Made by a program: the position numbers and the translations under genes. A stretch of DNA of 64,000 nt. Origin: Anthoceros angustus. Its lineage: Eukaryota; Plantae; Anthocerotophyta. How positions within the stretch are numbered: the first letter of the stretch is position 1; every line of letters starts with the position of its first letter. Location of the stretch: NCBI GenBank assembly GCA_010909165.1, contig MU008183.1, forward strand, positions 806,001 through 870,000, in the 5' to 3' direction. A model generated the notes under the pieces. The model made no database searches. It had not been told where the DNA came from and worked only from the letters and a program-made list of their open reading frames with translations. This document shows positions 22,350 through 33,999 of the stretch, piece after piece.

Positions 22350-23020
22350 ATACTTTTACCACGGACATTACTACGGACTTTACAACAGTCATTACTACTC
22401 CCGTAGTAAAACGTCAGTAGTAAACACATAGCGTTAGTATCCGTGGTAAAGTCCAGTATATCGTATATGATGGCTATACTCAGAATACGAAGTATGTACG
22501 GAGTACGTTAACGAAGTCTAGCGTATACTAGTTAATCTTTAAATTACCATACCTTTTACCACGGTATTTACTACGTTGAATAACCACGAACTTTACTACT
22601 GGCCTAATCGTGGTTAAAAATAATGGTTAGTTGACCGAGATTAGCTAACTATAATATATTAACTACAGTTAAATTAGTGGGTTTGGGTAATCATATGTTA
22701 CCATAGTTAATTAATCACGGTTAAGTAATCCGACACTCCGTTGTAAATTCTCGCTGGCTACCATTGTAAATCTCTCCGTTGTAGAAAAAGACCCTGTAGT
22801 AATATTTTATAGTAAATATTTGTAGTAAAATTCTGTAGTAAACATCGTGGTTAAAATATGTAGTAAAATTCTATAGTAATAATACGTAGTAAAATTCTAT
22901 GGTAAAAGTATGTTGTAAAATTCTATGGTAAAAAGTCTGTAGTAGAATTCTACAATAAAAGCTCGTAGTAAATTTCTTTAGTAAAAGTTCGTAGTGAAAT
23001 GTTTAGTAGTGGACTCCCTG
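22350..23020. repeat. CACTA left subterminal repeats
   Basis: Many (G/T)TAGTAAA(ATTCT) and TTTAC(C/T)ACGG motifs in both orientations; mirrored at ~35530-35970. Confidence 0.8.
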
Positions 23021-23096
23021 TAGTAAATGGAACGTAGCAAAAGATTGGCTGCAAAGTGTATGCAGATTCATAAACGGTGTTGTCAATTTCATAAGT

Positions 23097-23826
23097 GGGG
23101 AGGGAAGGGAGGGAAGGGAGGGAAGGGAGGGAAGGAGGAAGGGAGGAAGGAGGAAGGAGGAAGGGAGGAAGGAGGAAGGGAGGAAGGGAGGGAAGGGAGG
23201 GAAGGAGGAAGGGAGGGAAGGAGGAAGGGAGGGAGGAAGGAGGAAGGGAGGGAAGGAGGAAGGGAGGGGAGGAAGGAGGAAGGGAGGGAAGGGAAGGGAG
23301 GAAGGAGGGAGGGAAGGGAGGGAAGGGAGGAAGGGAGGGAAGGGAGGAAGGGAGGAAGGGAGGGAAGGGAGGGAAGGAGGAAGGGAGGGAAGGGAGGAAG
23401 GGAGGGAAGGGAGGAGGAAGGGAGGGAAGGGAGGAAGGGAGGAAGGGAGGAAGGGAGGGAAGGAGGAAGGGAGGAAGGAGGAAGGGAGGGAAGGGAGGAA
23501 GGAGGGGAGGGAAGGAGGAAGGGAGGGAAGGGAGGGAAGGGAGGGAAGGGAGGGAAGGAGGAAGGAGGGAGGAAGGGAGGGAAGGGAGGGAAGGGAGGAA
23601 GGAGGAAGGGAGGGAAGGGAGGGAAGGGAGGGAAGGGAGGGAAGGAGGGAGGGAAGGAGGAAGGGAGGAAGGGAGGGAAGGGAGGGAAGGGAGGAAGGGA
23701 GGAAGGGAGGGAAGGGAGGGAAGGGAGGGAAGGAGGAAGGGAGGGAGGGAGGAAGGGAGGAGGAGGGGACGGAGGGAGGGAGGGAAGGAGGGAGGAGGAA
23801 GGGAGGGAGGAGGAGGGAGGAAGGAG
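23097..23826. repeat. Pure G/A low-complexity tract (GGGA/GGAA units)
   Basis: About 730 bp almost entirely of purines; continues on the far side of Copia Y. Confidence 0.95.
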
Positions 23827-25748
23827 TGACAAATATTGGATTGGATTGGTGTAGACCAATTGCTATATTAAACAATTACATTATACATTTGTTAAAACAA
23901 TGAGTATATTAAGAATGACATATAAACCGAACTTAAGCTAGGTAGGGTGAATAGACACACCCTTTCATAGAGACGTAACCCTAATGAATGTACACACCTA
24001 GACTTATAATAGCTATGAACACATTCACACTATACATGTGTACCAAACGAACCCTAATGTATTTACACCCTATTCTCATCACTCCCACTTGAAAATCATT
24101 ACGGGTCTTTGCCTTCTTCCACTACTGCGCCTTGAGGAGACCGTGAGTTCACCGAGTCTTGAGATCCTTATGTACTGGCACGAAGCTCAAGATGGCGATG
24201 AATTCGCCATGTGCGCGTTCTTTATTGCTGCCATACGCCCATGCCTCGGCCATAAAGCGCTGAGGCGAGGTTGTAGCTATGGCGTCTCAGTCTCGATGAG
24301 GCTACCACGCCAAGGTGTATCGAGGGACTCATTAGGAGGTTTGCACACCGCTAGAACAATCGCCTGAGTCGGGTCAAGTCCTCCAACCAAGAAGGAGACA
24401 ACAGGGGAGCAAGCGGTGGGGAGACCGCGGGGAAGGCCGCGAGGGACAACCAAAGCTGCTTTGGAGCAAAGGCGCAAGGTTGAATCAAGACCAAGGAAAC
24501 GCTGCTTCAAGAGTCGCTGCAAGGAAGGGTGACATCGCACCATCGGGAGGGACGCAACCGTAATCCGAGGCTGTGAACACCACGTCCATGGGCGGCTTGT
24601 CCAGAGGCCGCACACCAGAAATTATGTACTTGCGCGTAAGCTCAAGAGCACCGCGATGAATTCGGCCATGTGCAGTTCGCTTCTTTATTGCTGCAGCTTA
24701 CGCCCATGCCTCCGGCCATAAAGCGTTGAGTGCAAGGCGAGGTTGTAGCTATGGCGCCCCTGTGTCCGGATGAGGCTACCACCGCCAAGCCGTGTATCGA
24801 GGGACTCATTAGGAGGTTTGCCACACACCTAGAACAATCGCCTGAGCGGGCCAAGTCCTCCAACTGCGAAGCAATCGAGACAAACACGAGGGAGCAAGCG
24901 GTGGGGAGACCATGGAAGGCCGCGAGGGACAACCAAAGCTGCTTTTGGAGCAAAGGCAAGGTTGAATCAAGACCAAGGAAACGCGGTCAAGAGCCGGGCA
25001 AGGAAGGGTGACACCGCACCAGGGGAGGGACGCAACCAATCAGGCCGTGAACACCACGTCCATGGGCGGCTTGTCCAGAGCCGCACACCAGAAATTGTGT
25101 ACTCCAGAGCTGTGGTGGAGCAGCGGCACTTCATTCTCGGTGAGTTCGAGTATGAAGGGTCTGACCAGCGTCCTCCTGTGCCTCCTAGGTTTCCTGTTCC
25201 CAGCGATGTGATGTCTGAGACCAAGGTGATCACCCCTGGAACATGGGAGGTGCCGGGCAGTCCGCTGTGGTACAAATGTCATTCTACAGGCCTGATCATG
25301 AAGCGTGTCGAGATTCAGATGTGCCGTGAATTCAAAGGGCACATGGTCAGCCTGTACAGTGAGTGTTACGTCCATCTTGTTGAAGTTCCATAACTTCTCT
25401 ATGTCTCTTGCTGCTTGTAGCTCGTGACATAGCTGTTTCCTAACCCCCTGCTGATCAGCATCACTCGTCTTTAATTCATGCTCCCACTGTCTCCTTTCAG
25501 GGTCTGAAGAGAGACTTGAGGAGGAGAACAGTTTGGAGAATAAGGATAGAATTTCCTACAAAGAGAGGAAGAAGAGGAACTCCCCTCGTACAGCAGATGA
25601 GATCTTCTCCTCTGAGTCTATTGGATATGCATCCTGGGAGAAGATTGGTGATTCTACCACCTCTGAAAGTAGGGGTTCCTTTAAATCTCCTCCTGAAGAT
25701 TCAGACGATGATGACAGCAATGATTGGGGTTGCATCTAGCTTGATAGG

Positions 25749-28700
25749 CTAGACTTTAGATGTGGCAGTGGGATTGCCTTCATGGCTTCCCATGCCAAGT
25801 ACTTTCATGTGCCTTTCGTGAAGTTCCCTGCCAATGGACTTAGTTAATATGTCTGCTGGATTTTCAGCTGTGGGCACGTACTCCAGGCTAATCTGTCCAG
25901 ATTTGATGAGATCACGTATGAAGTGATACTCAACCTCCACGTGCTTTGTCCTGGAATGAAAGACTGGATTGTGAGCTAAACTCATCGATCCTTGATTATC
26001 TGTCTTTATTGTGGTGCAGGCTGGAAGTGGGATTCCAAGTTCCTTAAACATCAACTTGCACCAAGCGATCTCTTCGCAGCACTGTAGATATATTCAAATT
26101 TCAGGCTTGATAAAGCCATTCTGTTTCTTACTAGACCAACAGATTGGTCCTCCAGCTAACATAACTATATAACCTGAGACTGACCTTCTTGTGTCTATGT
26201 CTCCGGCATAATCAGAATCTGTGAAGACATCAAGATGTAAGGGTACTCCAGGTATGTTTCTGTAATTTATACCAATGCTGTGAGTTCCCTTTAAGTATCT
26301 GAAAACTCTTTTAACACCTATCCAGTGTGTTTGTCCTGGGTTTTCCAGATACTGTGATAAGACACTAGTAGCATAGGCTACTTCCGGCCTAGTTGTGTTT
26401 GCTGCATATATGAGTTTCCCAACTGCTTGTCTGTAAGGGACTAAACTCATTTTGCCCTTTTCTAATTGTGTATCAGGACACATGGACTTACTCATTTTCA
26501 GTCCACAAGGTAAAGGGGTTGCAGAAGGTTTAGCATCCTTCAAACCAAGTTGCTCAGCACTATTGAGAAGGTAACGTGGCTGCGTAAGTGAGATTGTTCT
26601 CTTCTTTCTGTCACGTTGAATAAGAATACCAAGGCAGCTCTGTAAGGCTCCTAGGTGTGTCATCTCAAACTTGGTTGATAACATTTTATTAATGTCTTTG
26701 ATGAAGGTGGGACTGTTACAAGCCAATATAAGGTCATCAACATATACTGCCAGGTAACACACTACTTCATTTGCCCTGTACACATATAAGCTTCCATCTG
26801 AAACACATCTAACAAAATTCAAAGCTCGCAGCTCTTCGTCCAGGACAGCATTCCATTCAAGAGCTGATTGTTTCAGTCCATACAGGGTTTTAATTAAGCG
26901 TAAGACATGGTCTTCTTTCCCTTTAACCTCGTATCCTAGTGGCTGTTGCATGTAAATTTCAGTATCCAGCTTTCCATGTAAGAAAGCTGTCTTTACATCA
27001 AACATATCCAGCTCATAGTCATTGTGTGCTGCCAATGCACAGATAGTGCGAAAAGTGGCCAGCTTAACAACAGGAGCATATGTTTCAAGGTAATCGAGGC
27101 CTGGTACTTGAGAAAAACCTCTGGCAACAAGCCTGACTTTATAACGATCAAAGGTACCATCAGCCTTAACCTTTAATTTGAACACCCATTTGCAAGATAC
27201 TGGCTTGCGTCCAGGAGGTAGTTTTGCTAATTCCCATGTTCCATTTTTTATGAGGGAATCGTATTCAGATTGAATGGCCTTCTTCCATTCAACAGCATCA
27301 GGACGTCTCAAAGCTTCTTCATAAGATTGAGGCTCCATGGGATCAAGGTCAACTGCATGTGCAGAAGGTTTCCTAAAGTCTTGTGATTCATAAAAGTCTG
27401 GTGCACGTCTGTCCCGTGTAGGATAACGGCGTACAGGGAGAGGAGGTGGCTCGTCATCCTCAGGGTCACTATCAACAAGAACAGCAGGATCAGGATCAAG
27501 GTCATCAATCTGGAACAAGGGCCTGTGATCGCAACATCATGAGGAGGTTGGTCTCAAGATCATCGCAAAAATTCAAGATCGCAATCGCTGGTTGTCCTCA
27601 TTATCACTTTGCTGGTGGTCTTCCCCCCCTGCAGGAGCAAACTCCTCATGGGGGTGATCAGGGAAAACCGTGATGAGGAAGAGCAGCTAGATCAAAATCG
27701 TCTGAAGGGATGGGAGGAGCTCCCACTGGCTGCCAAACTTGTTGTTCATCAAAAGTAACACTGCGAGCATAAACTACAGTGTTCTCAGGTACATCATATA
27801 ACTTGTATGCTTTAATACCTTCAGTGTAGCCTATCATAAGGTATTTCTTGGCTTTAGCAGCTAACTTAGCACGTTTCTTCTTAGGGATGAAGGCATAAGC
27901 TATGCATCCAAAGGTTCTAAGGTGTAAGATAGCTGGTTTTCTACCAAAGAAGGCTTCATAGGGAGTTTGTCCAACAAGTGCATTAGTGGGCAGCCTGTTA
28001 TGCAAGTACACTGCTGTCATAAGGGCTTCAGCCCAATAGGAAAGAGGCAGAGAAGCTTGATGAAGCATAGAAGAAGTCATTTCCTGCAAAACAACATTCA
28101 AATGCTCTGCCACACCATTTTGCTGTGGTGTATATACAACGGTAAGTTGCCTTCCTATTCCCTCGGCTGTACAGAAAGATTGAAATTCACCAGAAGTGAA
28201 TTCACCTCCATTGTCTGATCTGAGGGTTTTTAACTGCTTGCCGGTCCAGCGCTCTGTGTACTTCATGTAATCTTTGAATAGAGAAAAGCATTCACTTTTA
28301 GCTTTGAGAATATAAGCCATGACAAACCTTGTCTTGTCATCTGTGAATGTCAGGAAGTACTTGCCGCCACCAATTGAAGGTCGGAGAGAGGTCCATGAGT
28401 CCGTGAACCAGCTCAAGAACCTCAAGCTCAGAGGAGCCTTTATTCTTGAAAGCTCGACGCTTTGGATAAGACAGTTTCACATAGAGGTAGGGTTGGCAGT
28501 GTGCCAATTTTGCCATCAGCATACAGGTCACTGGTTGCAAGTTTCTGTAACTTAGCACTATGTGGGTGACCTAGGCGAGCATGCCACAGCTTAGCTTTAT
28601 CTTCTGACTTACTAGAAGACTCTGTAGAATTAGCAGCTAAGTGTGTTTTTGCTGTATGGCTGTCTGTATGCAGACGAAAGAGGTCATGTGAGGATGACCC

Positions 28701-29968
28701 ATAAGCTAGGATCTTACGATGGTCAAAGGCATCGATGATCCTACATTCTGTAGGAGTAAACAAGATGTGAGTATGATTATCCATGTTAAGCTTCCTAACA
28801 GAGATGAGATTCCTAGTCATTTCTGGAACATAGTACACATCTTTCAAGATGAGTTATTCTAAGGACTGGAATTTCTGCCCTCGAGACACAAGTGATCCCA
28901 TCACCTAAGTAAACAAATTGATTGTCTAAGCTGTATGACAAAGCATTTTGTCAAAGCATATGTCTTGTTGCACGTGTCAAGGTACCACTCACTTCATCGT
29001 TTACCTTGTGTGTTTGCAGACAAGGTGGGGTTAACAAGAGGATATGCAAACTTCCTAATCCCTCGGGGCGTTGAGCCTTGCTTTTCACCACTACGCTGTG
29101 TCTCGAGTGGAGTTGCCCTCCTTGCGAGGTACTCCGGCCTATTTCTTTCGACATTCGTTTTCCCAATGTCCTGGAATCTGGCACCAGTGGCATTTTCCAG
29201 ATTTATTGGGTTTCTTCTGTGCTGTCCCTCGCCGTGAGGAACCAGCACCTTGAAAGGTATTTGGTTTACCTTTAAAGTTGGGTCTTGCACCCTTGTTTTT
29301 GTTTGTGGTGTAAAGAGCCTGCTGCTTGCCAGCACGCCTGTTCTGTCCTCTTGTAGCCTCTTCCTGGAGAAGAGCTCCCACTAACTCAGAAAATGTTGTG
29401 TGTGGTATTGTGACACCTGCACCCTTAGCGATCTTTGAAGCCTGTAGCTGAGAAGCATTGTAAGATGTCACAAAGTGTGACCATGAGTCAGGCAGAAACA
29501 TCATAAAATACAAGGTAAGGAGCTCATCAGTCAGAGCCTCCTGTGAAGCACTTTCCAGCTTAGAAATAAGGGATCTAAAGTGCCCAACATGTTTTTCAAC
29601 TGTCTCTCCTTCTCTCATTTTACAATTTTGTATGTTGCGAAGGGCTGTCATTTGACTTGTGGTATTACACCGCATGCCTCATGTAATCGTCCAAATCTCA
29701 AAAGATGTATTACAACTGTCAAGACATGTCGAGGTTAGTCCACTTCTCAACAAGTGTGCGCTTCATCCTCACATACCAAGCTTGTACTTTCTTTTCGAGG
29801 AAGAGGGCCTCATCGAGGCATCAAGGACGTGTCTCGCCCTGCTATTCGCCACAACCTCTTGCTTTGTAAGGCTCCTTTCATACGCATGACCCAGATGTCA
29901 TAATCAGTTCCCCCGAATCTATCTTTCTCAGTAAAAACAACACCACCAGCTCCAGTGGTGTCAGCCAT
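25749..29968 (-). CDS. Copia Y gag-pol polyprotein (few frameshifts)
   Basis: gag MADTTG..EKDRFGGTDYDIWVMRM; CHWCQIPGHWENEC; LWHARLGH; FTDDKTR..LRSDNGGEF..PQQNGVAE; RT YVDD in a 474-aa ORF (26094-27518); RNase H DSDYAGD and NPVFHSRTKH. Confidence 0.92.
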
Positions 29969-30118
29969 TTGTTAGAATGTGGTGATTCTATCCTATTAGG
30001 AAGAATGGCTATGTAAAGACTTGTAACCTATCCAGACAAGGTACAAATTGAAGAGAAAGACAGGGGAAAGGTAAGATGCTACTGTTGCATCTTAGATAGA
30101 CTGCAAGAGCAGTCCTGT

Positions 30119-30823
30119 CTACAAAGGATGAGCAAACCTACCAACTTGAGGTAAATTGGCTTGTTGATTTGCTAGTCTATTTTCTATCCTTTGATGTCTA
30201 ATCTCCCACCTGTTAAATGCATAAACAGAGCATGAAGGACAGGAATTTGGGGCATCAAAAGTATGTTGCTTATATTTCTTGTCAGCACGTTTGCAGGCAA
30301 CACCTCTGTGTGCTGGATTTGTTAGCAAAACGGGCTTGAGCAAGGTAAGCAACTTGAAGTCCAAATGTCCTATTCGCTCCTTCAATTCTTGCAAGTCAAC
30401 ACCGACTTCAGCTATCTTGTGACGGATGCTCGAAACGCCATCAACATATTGTTGATGTGTTTCTATTCTTGCATTTAATTGTGACACACTAACATGTGGT
30501 GATGTGTGTGTTGTCAGGAAACCCCTAGGGTTACCGTTTACAGCAAGTGGAAGATTGTCTTGGTTTCTAGGTGGTGGAGCAAGCAGCAGATGGCGCTGAT
30601 GTGGGAAGATTGCTTCAATCAGATTATTGAAGGAATCCCTCACAATATGTGAGCGTTCAGGCTGGTCTTGTGTTTGAAGAATCCAATCCAGGGTTTGATG
30701 GTAAAGTGATTCTGCGAACATCAGCCTGCCCTCTTGGATTTGTTGTCCTTTGTGAGCATTCCTCTGTTGGATGCGCTCAGCAGGGCGTTGTCGCCATCGC
30801 TGCCCGTCCATCAGGTTGGCCAT
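30119..30823 (-). CDS. Extra ORF upstream of gag in Copia Y (coiled-coil-like, CPSC near the C-terminus)
   Basis: 234-aa uninterrupted ORF between the PBS/leader and gag, ending ~150 nt before the gag ATG. Confidence 0.6.
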   Translation of the reverse strand: MANLMDGQRWRQRPAERIQQRNAHKGQQIQEGRLMFAESLYHQTLDWILQTQDQPERSHIVRDSFNNLIEAIFPHQRHLLLAPPPRNQDNLPLAVNGNPRGFLTTHTSPHVSVSQLNARIETHQQYVDGVSSIRHKIAEVGVDLQELKERIGHLDFKLLTLLKPVLLTNPAHRGVACKRADKKYKQHTFDAPNSCPSCSVYAFNRWEIRHQRIENRLANQQANLPQVGRFAHPL

Positions 30824-31415
30824 TCATTTGGCCAGCCTTTTTGTATTTTGTTATTTTTCAAGAAACATTTGTAGCTTTGTAAATGATTCTATAATAAAAT
30901 ATTTTGTTAGGCAGCTTGTTCTAAGCGTGCCTAGTGCCGATTGAGGTGCAATCGACAATGGATGCACTAGAACAACCTTAGAAATGCAAATCTTTTAAAA
31001 TATAAATCAAGAAAGCTATAAACCTATTTCTTGAAATTTGTTTTAAAGGTTTCTTTACAAGAAAACAACAATCAAAACATATAAACAAAATACATTGTCC
31101 CTACATCGAATGTGCATTTAATGCATTCTCACAAATGCAATCTACACCTAAACATGGCTCGATACTGACAAATATTGATTGATGTAGACCAATTGCTATA
31201 TTAAACAATTACATTATTATATTTTGTTAAAACAATGAGTATATTAAGAATGACATATAAACTCGAACTTAAGCTAGGTAGGGTGAATAGACACACCCTT
31301 TCATAGAGACGTAACCTAATGAGCAGACACCTAGACTTATAATAGCTATGAACACATTCACACTATACATGTGTACCAAACGAACCCTAATGTATTTACA
31401 CCCTATTCTCACTGT

Positions 31416-31852
31416 GGAGGGAGGGAGGGAGGAGGAAGGAGGAGGAGGGAGGGAGGAGGGAGGAAGGGAGGGAAGGGAGGGGAAGGGAGGGAAGGAGGGA
31501 AGGGAGGCGGGGAGGAGAGGGAGGCAAGGTGGAGGAGAGGAGCAAGAGGGAGGAGAGGGAGGAAGGGAGGAGAGGGAGGAGAGGGAGGAGAGGGAGGAGA
31601 CGAGGGGAGGGAAGGGAGAGGAGGGAGGTAGGGAGGGAGGAGGGAGGGAAGGGAGGAAGGGAGGGAAGGAGGAAGGGAGGGAAGGAGGAGGGAAGGGAGG
31701 AAGGGAGGGGGGAGGAGGAGGAGGAGGAGAGGGGAAGGAGGGAGGAGGAGGAGGGAAGGAGGAGAGGAGGGAAGGAGGGAAGGGAGGGAAGGAGAGGAGG
31801 GAGGGAGGGAGGGAGGGGAGGGATGTAGGGGGGAGGAGGGAGTGAGGGGAGG
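31416..31852. repeat. G/A tract inside the duplicated block
   Basis: Purine-only tract; part of the 30750-33145 tandem duplication. Confidence 0.9.
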
Positions 31853-32605
31853 ACAGTGACCAAACCACCGCGCACTCCAGTTACATCATCGAGGCCATAC
31901 ACCGCCCGCCTTCTTTGTATTCAAAAACAAGAGTTGTCCTCTGTGAGCATTCCTCCGTTGGATGCGCTCCACGCATGCCTGGCCCATCAAAGTTGGCCAT
32001 TCATTTGGCCAGCCTTTTGTATTTTGTTATTTTCAAGAAACATTTGTAGCTTTGTAAATGATTCTATAATAAAATATTTGCCAATCGCAGCTTGTTCTAG
32101 CGTGCCTAGTGCCGATTGCGAGGTGCAATCGACAATGGATGCACTAGAACACCTCCTAGAAATGCAAATCTTTTAAAATATAAATCAAGAAAGCTATAAA
32201 CTCATTTCTTGAAATTTGTTTTAAAGGTTTCTTTACAAGAAAACAACAATCAAAACATATAAACAAAATACATTGTCCTCATATCGAATGTGCAGATTTT
32301 AATAATGCATTCTCACAAATGCAATCTACACCTAAACATGGCTCGATACCATGACAAATATTGGATATTGGATTGGTAGTAGACCAATTGCTATATTAAA
32401 CAATTACATTATATATTTATATCAATGAGTATATTAAGAATGACATATAAACTCGAACTTAAGCTAGGTAGGGTGAATAGACACACCCTTTCATAGAGAC
32501 GTAACCCTAATGAATGTGACACCTAGACTTATAATAGCTATGAACACATTCACACTATACATGTGTACCAAACGAACCCTAATGTATTTACACCCTATTC
32601 TCATC

Positions 32606-33053
32606 GGGGAGGGAGGGAGGGAGGAGGGAAGGGAGGGAGGAGGGAGGGAGGAAGGGAGGGAAGGGAGGAAGGGAGGGAAGGGAGGGAAGGGAGGGAAGGA
32701 GGGTGAGGAGAGGGAGGGGTGGAGGAGAGGGAGCAGAGGGAGGAGGAGGGAAGGGAGGAGAGAGGAGGAGAGGGAGGAGAGGGAGGAGAGAGGGAGGGAA
32801 GGGAGAGGAGGGAGGTAGGGAGGGTGGAGGGAGGGAGGGAAGGGAGGGAAGGAGGGAAGGGAGGGAAGGGAGGAAGGGAGGGAAGGAGGGAAGGGAGGGA
32901 AGGGAGGGAAGGAGGAAGGGAGGGAGGAGGAGAGGGAGGAGAGGGAGGAAGGGAGGGAAGGAGGAAGGGAGGGAAGGGAGGAAGGGAGGGAAGGGAGAGG
33001 GAGGGAGGGAGGAGGGTAGGCGGGGAGGGATGTAGGGAGGAGGAGGAGGGAGG
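32606..33053. repeat. G/A tract right of the Copia Y 5' LTR
   Basis: Purine-only tract, counterpart of 23097-23826. Confidence 0.9.
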
Positions 33054-33349
33054 ACAGTTCGACCAAACCACCGCTTTGCACTCCACATCATCGAGCGCCA
33101 TACACCGCACCCGCCTTCTTTGTATTCAAAAACAAGCGTTGTCCTCCAACACTGCCAAAATCCATGGCATTGCCCTTAGAAACCGGGCATCCTACAAAAA
33201 ATTTACACCCAAAATATGAGGTCTGAACAAGAAATTTCATAAATCATGGAACATGGAAATGATGAAAGCAACAAGATCAGACTCTAACCTTAATCATGGG
33301 ACTCTCAAAGATCCTTGGCCACTTTATGGGAAGGTAGTGCCCTACCATC

Positions 33350-33999
33350 CACCCGTTATCAAGACATTTTTTTGGTGTAGCCACCATCGTGGAGTTCACT
33401 TGGTGCACCTCATACAAGTCTAGCGCCTAGTCTGCTAGATGCCCACATAGCTGTTCAAACATGTAAAGGTGGTTGTACGCAGCACCATGTTTGAACTTAA
33501 CCCGGCTGATCATGCCATTGACAGATAACTTGAAATCCCGTAAGGACAGGGTACCAGGTCTCCCTGAAAACCTCTCATGCCTGTAGGGTGCTCCTCCCTC
33601 CATGTCGTCCGAGTCCTCAAAATACTCGGCTCGTGATTGCCTGATATATGGCTGTCCTGGATGAGGGAGCCCAAGGTCTGAGTGAACTGAAGACTGTCCA
33701 CCCCAAGTTGACAAGTGGGATTGCTCCAAGGGTGTATGGCCCAAGGGCTGCTCTGGCAAGAACTCAACCTGTGACTCCTCCTCAGGTAGCTGGCTCTGAA
33801 ATGGAGCTTTCTCTCCCTCCAAATCTGAAGTCCCAGGGGTGAGGAAACTTGTAAATGGGGACCAACTTGTTGCTGGCCTTGCTGTTGAGGGTGGACTGCT
33901 GGGGTCGAAGCTGACTTCCACAAACTCCTGAGCTTGCTCCTGCCTTTTGGCTGCCCTCCTCCGTCGTGTATGCACGCGTAGGTGGGGTGCTTTGTCCAA
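33350..33999 (-). pseudogene. Gypsy gag N-terminal fragment inside the CACTA element
   Basis: ERFSGRPGTLSLRDFK...HLAD*ALDLY aligns by eye with the gag at 18108-18485 (VFTGKHGSMSLADFE...YLAGEALMYY). Confidence 0.6.

Larger units (their letters stand above)
23827..32605 (-). mobile_element. Copia Y: full-length Ty1/copia element with a 5' extra ORF and a long 3' region
   Basis: LTRs at 23827-24081 and 32352-32605 (a duplicated copy at 31166-31411), PPT AAGTGGGAG (24082-24090), Met PBS with one indel (32340-32351), gag-pol 29968-25749. Confidence 0.9.

Noticed and set aside
22350-23020. CRISPR-like array
   Set aside because: The short degenerate repeats lack unique spacers, lie in a eukaryotic context and are explained as CACTA subterminal repeats.
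23003-23875. Long Pro/Ser- or Gly/Arg/Glu-rich ORFs here and at 31269-31902 and 32491-33219
   Set aside because: They are open only because the G/A tracts lack stop codons; there is no sign of real coding.
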